Source: Chiloscyllium plagiosum
Taxonomy: Eukaryota
Direction of reading: 5' to 3'
Assembly (NCBI RefSeq): GCF_004010195.1
Contig: NC_057728.1
Location: forward strand, 45,169,419 to 45,233,418
DNA length: 64,000 nucleotides
Position numbers and translations under genes: made by a program. The notes beneath the pieces were generated by a model. The model was not told the DNA's origin, ran no database searches, and worked only from the letters and a program-made list of their open reading frames with translations. Shown in pieces: positions 35,402 through 48,200 of this stretch (positions within the stretch are counted from its first letter, which is position 1; every line of letters starts with the position of its first letter).

Positions 35402-38400
35402 CATAGAATAATTGAGTCATACAGTATAGAAGAGGCTTTTCGGCCCATTGAGTCTGTACTGCTGAAAATAGACTACTACCTACACTAGTCCCATTTTCCT
35501 GCACTAGGCTCACAGCTTTGGATGTTATGATACCTCAAGCTCACATCTATACTTTTAAAGGTTGTGAGATTACCCACCTCAACTCCCTCCCAGACAGTGT
35601 ATTCCAGATCCCTACCATCCTCAGTGAAAAGGTTTTTCCTTAAATCCCCTCTAAATCTCCTGTATTTCACATTAAAATATGCCCCTTTGCCAATGACCCT
35701 TTTACTAAGGGGAACAGCTACTTTCTATTCATCTTGTCCATGCCCCTCATAATCTATACACTTTCTTTAAGTTCCTCTCTCAATCTTACCAGCTCCAAAG
35801 AAATAAACCCAAGCTAATACAGCCTGTCTTCATAGCTGAAATCTCCATCCCAGGCAGCATCCTGGTGAATCTCCTTTGAATCCCCTCTAGTGCAAACATA
35901 TCCTTTGTATAATTGTGCACAGTATTCCAGCCAAGGCCTAATCAAAGTGCTGCACAGATCCAATATGACTACCCCACTCTGAAATATTACATCCTGCCTG
36001 ATAAAGGCAAGTGTCCTGTATGCTTTTTTAGCTACCCCATTAACCTATCTTGCCACCTTCAAGTATCTGTGGACAAACATCCCAAGATCTCTCTGTACTG
36101 GGAGAGTACAGACCAACATGTTCTATTTGGATGAAATATAGAATTAACAAGCCCTGAGGACCATGGATATCCAGGATATTCTAAACTGGATAAAAAGGAA
36201 AAGAGAGATGTATAACAGGTACAAAGGGAACAAAATAACTAGAGACCCTAAAGGAGTGTAGGAAGTGCAGAGGAGAACTCAAGAAAGTAATTAGGGGAAC
36301 AAAGAGGAGACATGTGAAAATGTTTGCAGGCAAGATTAGGGAGAATCTTAAGACATTATACAAATATATCAAAGGCAAGGGAATAATCATGGAAAGTGTA
36401 AGGGCCTATTAGGGATCAATGGAGCAATCTGTACGTGAAACCATGAAGACTGAAAAGAAAACATTTGTAGAGTGTTACATGATTACTTCAGATCTGTCTT
36501 TACTCGGGGGAATGAGGATGCAAGACTGTTCTTGAACAGATTGATATAAGAAGTGAGGAGGTACTGAAACTTTTGGCAGATGTAAAAGTGGACACATCCC
36601 ACGTTTGGATGAATTGTATTCCAGGCTGTTGTGGGAGACATAGAACATAGAACAGTACAAGGCAGGAACAGGTCCTTCAGCTCACTACGTGCCAATCATG
36701 ATATTATTCCAAACTATTCCCATGTGCCTGCACATGGTCTATATCCCTCTATTCTTTGCCTGGTCATGAGTATATCTAAATGTCTCTTAAATTTTTCCAC
36801 CATCTCTGCTTCTACCATCTCCCCTTGCATTGCATTCCAGGCACCTACTAGCCTCTGTGTAAATGTTTTCCTCACACAATCTTCTTTAAATTTTTCCCTT
36901 CTCAACTTAAAACTATTCTTCCTAGTATTTGACATTTCTAACCTGGGAAAGAAACTGCAACTATCCAACTTATCCATGCCCCTCATAGTTCTAAAGGCTT
37001 CTATTAGGTCGCTCCTCAGCCTCCAACGTTCCAGTGGAAACAATCCAAGTTTACCCAACTTTTCCTTAGAGGTAAAATACTCTAATCCAAATAATATCCT
37101 GATAAATCTCTTTTGCAACCTCTCCAAAGTCCATACACCTTTTCTTTAGTGCAGAGACCAGAATTACACACAATACTCCAAATGTGGCTTGACAAAGTCT
37201 TATACAGTTGCAACTTTTACACTCAATGCCCGAACCGATAAAGATAAACATGCTATGTGTTCTTTACTACCTTGCCCACTTGTGTTGCTACTTTTAAGGA
37301 GCTATGGACTCCAAGATCCCTCTGAATATCAATGTTCCTAAGAGTCTAGCCACTTACTGTATACTTTTCTCTTGCATTTGACTTCCCAAAATGCATTACT
37401 TCACACTTGTCCAAATTAAACTCCATTTGCAATTTCTCCACTAACTTTGCAGCTGATCTATATCCTGTTGCATACTTTGATATCCTTCTCCAGTATCCAC
37501 AACTCCACTAGTTTGTGTGACAATTGAGGAAATTACAGAGGACCTGACCAAATATTTAAAACCTCTCTTGCCATAGGGAGGTGCCAGAGGACTGGAGGAA
37601 AGCGACTGCACAAGATGGGTTGTAGAAATAAACCAGGGAACTAGAAACCAGTGAGCATAACATAGGTGGTGGGAAATCCCAAGTGTGATCCAACCAGGGT
37701 TTTAGAGAGCTGCAGCAAAACCTAGCAGCTCTTAAGCTCAATCCCCCTTTTAATGAAAGCCAAAACACAGTAAATCTTCTTAACAGCCCTATCAACCTGG
37801 GTGGCAACTTTGAGGGATCTACGTATGTGGACCCCCAGATCCCGCTGTTCCTCCGCAATGTCAAGAATCCTGTCTTTAACCCTGTATTCAGCATTAAAAT
37901 TCAACCTTTCAAAATGAATCACTTCACATTTATCTGGGTTGAACTCCATCTGCCACTTCGCAGCTCTGCATCCTGTCAATGTCCTGTTGTAGCCCTCAAC
38001 ACTATCTACAACATCACCGACCTTTGTGTCATTGGCAACCTTACTAATCCACCATTCTACTCCTTCATCCAAGTCATTTATAAAAACTACAAAACGACAC
38101 CAATGGTCACTGACCTCCAGGCGGAATACTTTCCATCCACTGCCACTCGCTGACTTCTTTCGGCCAGCCAATTCTATATCCAGACAGCCAAATTTCCCTG
38201 TATCCCATACCTCCTAACTTTCTGAATGAGGTTACTGTAGGGAACCTTATCAAATGCCTTACTGAAATCCATATACACCACATCCACTGCTTAACATTCA
38301 TCACCTCAAAGAATTCAATAAGGCTTGTGAGGCATGATCTGCCCCTCACAAAGCCATGCTGACTACTTTTAATCAGACTGTGTTTTCCAAATAGTCATAA

Positions 38401-39640
38401 ATCCTATCTCTCAGAATCCTTTCCAGTACTTTGCTTACCATAGACGTAAGACTGACTGGTCTGTAATTCCCAGAGATTTCCCTATTCCCTTTCTTGAACA
38501 GAGGAACAACTTTTGCCTCCCTCCAATCGTCCAGTACTATTCCCGTGGAGAGTGAGGATGCAAAGATCATCGCCAGAGGCACAGCAATCTCCTTCCTTGC
38601 TTCCGGTGGTAACTTTGGAGATATCTAGTCTGGCCCTGGGGACTTATCTATGTTGATGCTTCCCAGAATTTCCAGCACATTCACTTTCTTAATATTAATC
38701 TCCTCAAGCCTATTAACCTGGTCCACAGTGTTCTCACTATCAACAAGGTCCCTCTCTCGAGTGAATACTGAAGGAAAAGACTCATTTAGGGTCTCCCCTA
38801 CTTCTCCAGACTCCACTATCCCTTATTGGCCCTCTGGACATTCCCTTATTCCTTACGTAAGTGTAGAGCACTTTTGGGTTTTCCCTAATCCTTCCCACCA
38901 AGGCTTTTTTGTGTCCCCTCCTAGTTCTCCTTAGTCCATTTTTGAGCTCTTTCCTAGCTACCCTGTAATCCTCTAAAGCTTTGCCAGATCCTTGCTTCCT
39001 CAACCTTAAGTAATTTTCCTTCTTCCTCTTGATGAGAAGCTCCTCTTCTCTTATCATCCAAGGCTCCTTTACCTTACCATTCCTTGCCTATCTCAGTGGG
39101 ACAAAGTTATCCAACACTCACAACAAGTGCTGTTTAAACAGCTTCCACATGCCTTTCCTGTAGATCACTTGTTCCCAATTTTTACTCCAGAGCTCCTATC
39201 TAATACTGATAAAATTTCCCTTCCCTCAATTATACCTTCCCATACTGTCTGTTGCTGTCCCTCTCTATGGCTGTGGTAAAAATGAGGCAGTTGTGGTCAC
39301 TGTTACCGAAATGTTCTCCCACCGAGAGATCTGACACCTGGCCTGGCTCGTTGCCGAACACCAAATTTAATATGGTCTCCCCGCTAGTCAGCGTTTCTAC
39401 ATATTGAGTCAGGAATCCTTCATGGACACAGCTGACAAAATCGCCTCCATCCAGACCATCTGCATGAAGGAGGTTTCAATCAATACTGGGGAAGTTGAAG
39501 TCACCCATAATCAACAACTCTGTTACATCTGTACCTTTCCAAGATCTGTTCTCCCATCTCTCTGCTGCTATTGAAGGTCTATAGAAAACACCCAATAAAG
39601 TCACTGATCCTTTCCTGTTGGTGACTTCCAATTATACTGA
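35402..39640 (-). mobile_element. Cluster of nested CR1 LINE fragments (minus: 35402-36100, 36640-37510, 37680-39640; plus: 36140-36640, 37510-37680)
   Basis: ORFs 36714-37127, 37722-38171, 38373-38582 (PLFKKG..GNYRPVSLTS), 38625-38816 (KSPGPD). Confidence 0.88.
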
Positions 39641-42088
39641 GTCAGTATACAAACCCTACTCAACAACCTCCTTTTCTGCAGTTGTGATGTTGTTGTTGTG
39701 GTTGCTATCACTAAAATGCTACTCCAATGTTGTTTTGAACACCTGTCCCACGTCATTCCAAGATTTAGGTTCAGCACTGTACCATCCAATCTTGGACCAT
39801 CTACATGTTGCCATAAAAAATGTCTCCTGAATGCATTTCAAGAAATCTGCCCCTCTAAATTCTTTACATTATGATGAGGGGAGGTGGGATTAAATGGATA
39901 ATGGATCTGGGAATGGAAGAGACCTGGTGTGGTCGTGAGATATAGGAGCTGCTCCTTAAAGGGTGATAGTGAAAACAGGTAACCTGTGAAAACAATATTG
40001 GCAGTCCCCAAATTAAATACTTGAATGGCTAAACATGACGTTTGAGATAAAGCATCTTCCCATTGAAGAAAGGAAATACTTGGAAGTGTGAGTCAGAGTT
40101 TGGCCAAAAAAAATCACTTCTGAACAAAATGTTGGTGGCAATAGAAACCATTTTCTTTTCCCCAAGGATTTTGTTTCAGTGCAGAAAGAAGCTCATGAGC
40201 CCACCAAACAGCTCAGGTTCTCCGTCTTCAAGTTTCTTCATTCTCTTTTGAAAATTGAATTGAATATAAATGAATGATTTAAACAAATTAAATGACCGGT
40301 GGACCATTAAAGGGGCACTTCTGCAAACCTCTTGTTTATTTTGTCCCATTTCCACTCCACGTTTCCTTTCTTCATGAAACATTTGTCACATAATCTCTCT
40401 GGCCCTCCACCTAACTGCAACCTTCCCGTTTGATCTGTTTTTGATCCTCCCACTTTCACGTGTTCAAAGCCAATAAATTTCATACTTTGCCAAAAATTTA
40501 CAAACCTAAAACAATGAGCTGATTTTTCCTAGCCCTGTGGTGATTTGCAGAGTGGTAAGAGAACTAATACTATGGTGGGGGAAGGGATTAGGAAGGGAGT
40601 CCAATCTTGGACTGCTGCCATCACAGTTTAGCATTGTGGGAACCTTAATGGCCTGGCCACTCATTGACAGTCAATGTAGCAACATGTTTGACACCCATCC
40701 CAATTGCTGGGGTCTGCCTACTTGACCTTGGCTTTTTCTTTGAGGACTCATGGGTATTGATGTGCTCCCTACTTAATTGCTTCAGCCTCAGCAGTGTCGA
40801 CCTGTAATATTGACACTGATGTTTGGATCAGTGACTTTAGGAGGTGGGGTGGCTGTCCCAGTGGCAACCTTTACATCAGTTACTTTCTGCAAGGTGCTGC
40901 CCCCTGTATTTTGACACACATCAGCATTTGGTCAGTGTAGGCTTTCAGCCCCAAAGGTGGAACAGCCCATTAAATTCTGTTCCTTTCTTCATGGATGCTG
41001 TCAGATCCACTGCGTATTTCTAGCAATTCTTTTTTGTTTTTATTTCAGTACTGGTAGAAAAGTATTAGCAGTTTTTAAGTTTACATTATATATGTGGAGG
41101 GAAAACTGATAAACATTACTCAAAATGTTACAACAGGATATAACATTTCGTGTGTGCAGATATCACATTGGTAATACATGTTACATAAGCACATGGTCTA
41201 GGAATTTCCACAGAGCTGCAATGTTGTAACTTTGTTGCAAGTGGGGCAGAAATCTGATGAGGGAAATGTAAATAGGTGCAGTTCCAAGAAGGTTCCTGGC
41301 CACTTCCAGCAATAAAGAGGTTAAGAAAATTTAATAAACTATTTTATTGAACTAATGGGTTGAGTCATAGTTAAGGAAAGAGGAAGTACAAAAGAATTTC
41401 AAAGTTCAATGCTGAGGTTTTCAACTTTATAAAGTATCACATTATAATTCCAGCAATCTTTTCAGTTTTTATTCTCTTGTTGCCTTTGATTCTTGATTTT
41501 TGTTCTTTTGTATAACTTTTGGTCAAATTCATCCTTCAACTTAATATAAATCTAAATATTAGGATTTGAATTGAATTTCCCTATTATACCAATATGACAG
41601 CAGATAGCTGCTTCTGATGATATTTGTACATTAATTAGTTTCTAGTATCCTCAAATCTATAGTATGTAACACTTTCATGAAAATCAAACCTATTTCACGT
41701 ATAGTTTCTGTTTTGGATTTCAGTAAGTTTACGGTTAAATTGTTTATTAATATTCCTATGTTTAGACACATGTAAAAGCTGTATTGAATTCTACTACTGT
41801 TTTATATCTGAAAATAAAATTGATTTTTTAAACGTACATTTTATGCATGTTGTTTTCAGAAACTTGTTCAAATTATAAACAAAATTCCTTTTTTTAAAGT
41901 ATGGTACAATTGCCTTCAAACTCAAAATTATCACATAAGTTTTACACTGAAGGTCAATATATGTATTTCATTACAGCAAAATAACTGACTATTGATGTTC
42001 AATATAATATTTACAGCTTTTGTTATGCTTTTCTCAAACTTAGTTTTCCTTTGAAGATATACTATTTAAAAAAATGAAATTTACTTAC

Positions 42089-42233
42089 CAAGAACTCTTC
42101 AGTTAATGTTGATTTGTTGCTGTTAACAGAAACCAATATGTTTATATTTGGAAGATTGTATGAATAGTTTGTTACTGGCTCTCCCATATCATTTATGTGC
42201 CTCGGTTTGAAGTACCAGTTCCTTTTCAATGGC
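42089..42233 (-). CDS. Candidate internal exon (145 nt) of the uncharacterised ORF
   Basis: ttattttctcttcag| ... TTG|gtaagt, both strong sites; within ORF 42062-42283. Confidence 0.55.
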
Positions 42234-45200
42234 CTGAAGAGAAAATAATAAATATCCTTCAGCAGCAAGCATCCAAAGTGCAAGCTGGTTCTTTGAATAT
42301 AAATTCAAATAAGTTAATCCATTATTGATTAACTTTTATTACATCTTTAACCATGCTCATGAATACATAAATTCCATGACTTGCAAAGTGGCAGTGACAA
42401 AACTAAACAATACAGGTGGCCACATAGAGGACAGAAAGAATGGATTTTCTGACTTAAATTAACCTCACCAAATTGACAAAATAATAGTAGTAGCTAAATT
42501 AATGCATGATATACTCAACTTGAGTTCCAACCACTTACTTGTAATCTAAAGGGAATACAGTCTGGGATGTCTTTTCTTTAACCATGCAATTCTAAGGTTG
42601 CAAAGATTACAATTGTGTAATTAATCAATGGTCATCACCAATGCACGATTTCAAGTTCAAGACTTCTTAGAGACATCCACAATTAAAATACTGACACGTG
42701 ATTAACTGTATCATTGTTCGATCCCAAGACCTAAAACATGTCCTTTTTACCAAATTGATGACCAGTGAAGCTGACTGCTGGACAGACCTCCAGCTCATCT
42801 GCTCCTCAATGTACGTCAAATGCTGCCTGAAGCTGGTTCAGGAAAAAGCTCAACATTGAACGGTTTCAAGAGCGAAGCAGACTAGTAAACATCCAACAAT
42901 GATTTCACCAAAATTTCCAAAGAGTTCACTTTAATGGAGTGGAGGAAATTTGGAAAGGACTGAAGGCAGCCATCATCTCATGCTGTGAAGAAACTTTCAG
43001 CTACAAGACCAAGAAACAGCAAGACTGGTCCAAAAAGAATGGCCATATCATCTAAGACCTCACTGACAAGAGGAAATCTCTGTGTCTGTCAAAATAACAT
43101 CATGAGTAAGGCAAAGAAGAGAACTCACAAAACTGCAAATGTGGAGGTACAATAGAAGGATGAGGGAACTCAAGAATTAGTGGTGGACAGCTAAGAAGTC
43201 ACAACACCTTGCTGACAACCACAATATCCAGAGTTTCTTCAATGCCATTAAAGCAATATACAAACCCAATACCTTGATTTCAAACTGTTGTGGAGTAAGG
43301 ACGAAACCCCTTTGAGAAACAGAGAAAGCTTCAGCCTCCGATGGAGAGAATTCTTCAAATAACTCCTAAACTATGATACACTCATCAAAGAAGATATATT
43401 TGAGGAAACCCCAGTCCCCTATTAAAGATGATCTTGGGCTTCCACCTAATATGATAGATGTTAAAGCCTCCATGACACACATGAAGAATGGAAAAGCAGC
43501 ATGAGTAGACTGGAATCCAGTAGAGATTTTCAAATTCCAGGACCAGAGCTTACCTATCACCCCCATTGACTGTTCTTGAAAATCTGGTACAAAGAAGAAA
43601 TTCCTGCCGATCTCAGGGATGCTGCCATCCCTACCATTTTCAAGAAAGGAGACAAAGCAGACTGTGTGAACTACCATCTCCAGGAAGATTATTGCCTAGT
43701 CCTCGCTGGAGGTCTTCGCCAAGTTTCTGAGGAAATCCTTCCTGAAAATCAGTGTAGCTTCTGACGAAACTATAGAACTATGAACATGATTTTCCCTGCT
43801 CAGTAACTCCAAGAGAAATACTAGAAACAAAACCAACCACTCTACATGTTCTCTATCGATCTGATTAAGGCTTTTGATTCAGTCAGTCAGGAAGAGTTAC
43901 AGGAGACCCTGTCAAAGACCAGCTGTCTAGTGAAATTCATCAACACCCTCCATCTCCTCCACAACAAGATGTCAGCAATCGTTTACACTGACAGTAGTAT
44001 GTCAGAATTCTTTGAGGTCAAGATAGGGATCAAACAGGTTCACTTCCACCTTTTTTTTACCATCTTCATCATCTCCATTCTTCATCTTGTCAAGAACAAG
44101 CTTCCTGGTGGTGTGGACATTGCCTACAGGATGGATAGAAAACCTTTCAACCTCAACTGGCTGAAATCCAGGAAGAAAATGATGCTGACCTCACTTGTAG
44201 AACTTCAGTACAAAGATGACAATGCTATATCTGCTCTCTCAGAAAAGAATGTTCAAATCTTATTTATTGCCTTCTCAGATGAATACTGAAGAATTGATCT
44301 CAGCATCAAATGTAAGAAGACTCAAATACTTTACCAACCTGTTCCAGGTCAAGTTCCAGTCCATCTTTCAATTATGGTCAACAGAGAAATCTCCAAAAGG
44401 CGGAACATCTCCCCTACTGAAGAAGATACCTTTCATTTAAGGCTGACATCGATGGGATGATTTACCATAGAAATATTGAAGATAGGAGCAGGAGTAGCTC
44501 ATTTGACCTCTCAGGCCTTGTCCACCAGTCAATATGATCATAGCTGATTATCAATCTCAATCCCCTAATCTCATTCTCTCCCCGTACCCCTCGATACTTT
44601 TAGCCACAAGAACTATTATCTACCGCTTTCTTGAAAGCACATAATGTTTTGGCCTCAACCATTTTCAGTAATGGTGAATTCCACAGGCTCTCCACACCCT
44701 GGGTGAAGAAGTTTCTCCTCATCTCAGTCCTAGATGATATTTTTCCTTAAACTATAACCCCGGTTCAGGATGCCTCCACCATTGAGAGCATACTTCCTGC
44801 ATCTAACTGTCTAGTACTGTTAGAATTTCATAGGTTTCCATGTGATCATTCTTCTATTACCTAGAGAATACAATCCTAATCAACTCAATTTCTCCTCTTA
44901 CATTAGTCCTGCCACTCCAGGAATCAATTTGGGAAGACTTTGCTGCACTCTCTCTATATAAAGAACATTCTTCCTCAGATAAGAAGGCCAGTACTCTAGG
45001 TGTGGCCTCACCAGTGTCCTTATCATGCAGCATGACATCCTTGTTCCTATACTTGAATCCTCTCACTATGAATACCAGTATACAGTTTGTCTTATTTACT
45101 ACCTGTTCCATCTGCATGCTATTTTCAATGACTAGTGCATGAGGGCACCCATATCTCATTGAACATTTAAATCTTTCAATTTTCTAGCCATTCAAACAAT

Positions 45201-48200
45201 AATCTACCTTCCGAATTTTGCTACAAAAATGGATAACCTCACATTTATCCATTTTATAATGCTCATTCACTCAGCCTGTCCAATCGGCCAGTAAAATCTT
45301 TGCATCAGTCTGCAATTCATTCCTCCATTCTATTTTGCAATTTCTGAGATATTGCATTTGGTTCCCTCATCTAAATTATTAACATATATTGTGAATAGCT
45401 GGGATCTTAGTACCAATCCCTATTGTATCCCACTAGTCATTGCCTGCCATTCAGAGAGGACCCATTTCTTCCTACTAGAAAAAAAATGAAAGAACTGCAA
45501 ATGCCGGAAATCTTAAATAAAAACAGAAATTGCTGGAAACTCTCAGCAGGTCTGGCAGCATCTGTGGAGAGAAATCAGAGTTAATATTTCTGGTGCAGTG
45601 ACCCTTCTTCCAGTAGTTTCTGTTTTTGTTTCATTTATCCCAATTCTTTGTTTCCTTCCTGCTAACCAATTTTTTTTATCCATCTCAATGCATTATCCCC
45701 AAACCCATGCACTTTAATTTTACACAATCATTTCTCATATGGGACTTTGACAAAAGCTTTCTGAAAGTTCAAATAAAGCAGATTCACTGGTTTCCCTGAT
45801 CATTTTGGTAGTTACATTCCCTAAGAATTGCAGTAGATTTGTCGAACATGATTTCCCTTTTGTGAATCTATTCTGACTGTGTCTGATTCTACCACTGTTT
45901 TCGAAGTGCTCTCCTATAAAATCCTTGGTATTCAAATCAAGCAACTATCTACTATCAATGTCAGACTCACCACACTATAATTTCCTGTTTTCTCTCTACC
46001 TCTCTTTTTAAATAGTAGGGTAATGTTAGCTACCCTCCAATCTGTAGGAACTGTTCCAGAGTCTAAAGAATCTTGGATGATGATCACCAAAGCATCCATT
46101 ATTTCTCAGGCCACTTCCTTAAGTACTCTGTGATGTAGATCATCAAATCCTGGGAACTTATCAGACTTCAATCTCGACAATTTCTCCAATACCATTTGTC
46201 TTCAAATTTTCTTCAGTTGCTTCCTCTCATTTCTGTACGCCACATCATTTCTGATATCTTACTTGTGTCTTTCTTTGTGAAGACAGAAGCAAAGTATGAA
46301 TTTAGTTCATCAGTCTTTTCTTTGTTCTTCATTTTACCCACATCTAACTGTAGGGGATCTACATTAGTTTTCTCTAACCGTTTTCTTTTTACATATCTAT
46401 AGAAACATTTATACTTAGAGGAAAGTCCTGCACGAAGGGACACATGCTTTGAGAGTGCCCCTTAACAAGAGAAGTATGGAAAATGAACTGGGAAAGGAAT
46501 GCCAATGGTCTCAACGCCAAGGACCATTTCCATTTTCTGCAGACACTTGCCAAATGTCTGGTTGGAGCAGCAGCTTTATGATCAGGCTTATCAACCACAC
46601 AAGGACCCACAGAACCCATGACCGAATTTCCTAGCTGGACAATCATACACATTAGCTACCAATTGTCTATGGCGATGATGAATTATGTCTTCATATTTTC
46701 TGTTTGCTTTCAGATTCCAACTGCTGCAGCATGATTTTTTTGTCAGGCGAGCAATCATAGTAATATAATTGTTAATACAGACAGGCTGCAACTTGTTGTC
46801 AAGCGACTTGCAAAATTCTGAAAGTCTTCAAATCCAGGTAACAAGCATCATTTAAACAGCATGATAACAGACAAATTAAAATATAACACATTTAAAACAT
46901 TCAGGTGACAACTGAATCAAGTTTTTTGATCAAATGCGGTTGTGTATTATTTGAACTGTACTGAGAACTCTGTTTGCCATCAGAGTAACAGCACACCCTC
47001 CCTATACATTAATACACATGTATTTCATCAAATATAAAATATGCGACACTTTTCTTCTTTGGATTGTGGAAATTGATGGCAAGGTCATCATGTATTGCTG
47101 ATTTCTAGTTCCCTGAGAAAGTGGTGGTGAGCCTTGAACTGAACTGTTTTGTCTTTTTTTTACACGGCTGTATTGCTTATCAAGTCACTTCAGAGGAAAG
47201 TTAAGAGTCAACTCTTAAGAGGTAAGATGTAAAACTGGTGTCACATATGAGCTGCAATGTCTGTTGCAATACAAAGTACTGCACTATTTAAATTTTTACA
47301 CAATCTGGCAAATTCATAATCACTTTTATTAAAGTCAACTTTTGTTGGAAATGAAAAGAAGTTAAAATCTCAAGCTGTTACAGGGGATTAGAAATGCATA
47401 CCTTCAGATAATTCACCTAATAATAGAATCACTACACGACATGGTTTGTTTTAAAGTACTGTAGGCTAGCTGTATACTAATCAGCTTCAGCAGTTTTGTT
47501 TTCACTTCATGATCTTTAGAAGGGCACCACTATATTTCTGAGCAAGTTAGTTCAGCAATTTCATTCTCAGTTACTCAGACTTTTAAATGGGATTCTTGCT
47601 CCCAGTTATGCATATCTGAACATTCGATGAGGGGAAGAATGGTTCAGCAACAATAGTCCAGCCAATCTGTCTAATTTGCTCACTGTCACTGCTGAGGCTG
47701 GTGTGAAGAATAATCACTTGAGGAATACATTAGAGCTGTCAGCATCGATCAAAACAATTTGATTCAATGCTAAGAAGAGAAGAAAGAAGAAAATGAGAAA
47801 AGAATATGAGCATTACTTGAAGAAACAATCCATCATGCTTTCATTGCCTTTGCCCATGGTCTGGACTTCAGATTTGCTTAAGGACCTTTTTTTGCCTCCT
47901 TCTGCTGGCCAGCTTCTTTTTTTGCTTTTTTTTTCATTTTGGTAAGGTCCCTCAAAATGGTTAGAAATGGAAGAATAAGCTGGGAAAAACACAACTGATT
48001 TTTGCATCTATAGAGATTTTTATTATGCATTTCAATAAAACAATTCTGAAATATTTGGTTCATTTACACTGAGAAATAAATTAAATCCATGAGTTTTTGA
48101 AAGAATATCAGCAACCGCCTGAATAATTTATATTGTTTTATGTGTGCTGACAGTTCTAATATATCTTCCAAATCACTGTCCTTTTCATCAGCCTCAGCAG

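Noticed and set aside
46714..46837. Plus-strand exon-like segments (also 52914-52944)
   Set aside because: Isolated splice-like matches with no coherent exon chain or product.
47770..47816. Strong minus-strand polypyrimidine tract and AG just after the 47817 donor
   Set aside because: It would define a 47-nt intron, too short for a vertebrate; probably a simple repeat.
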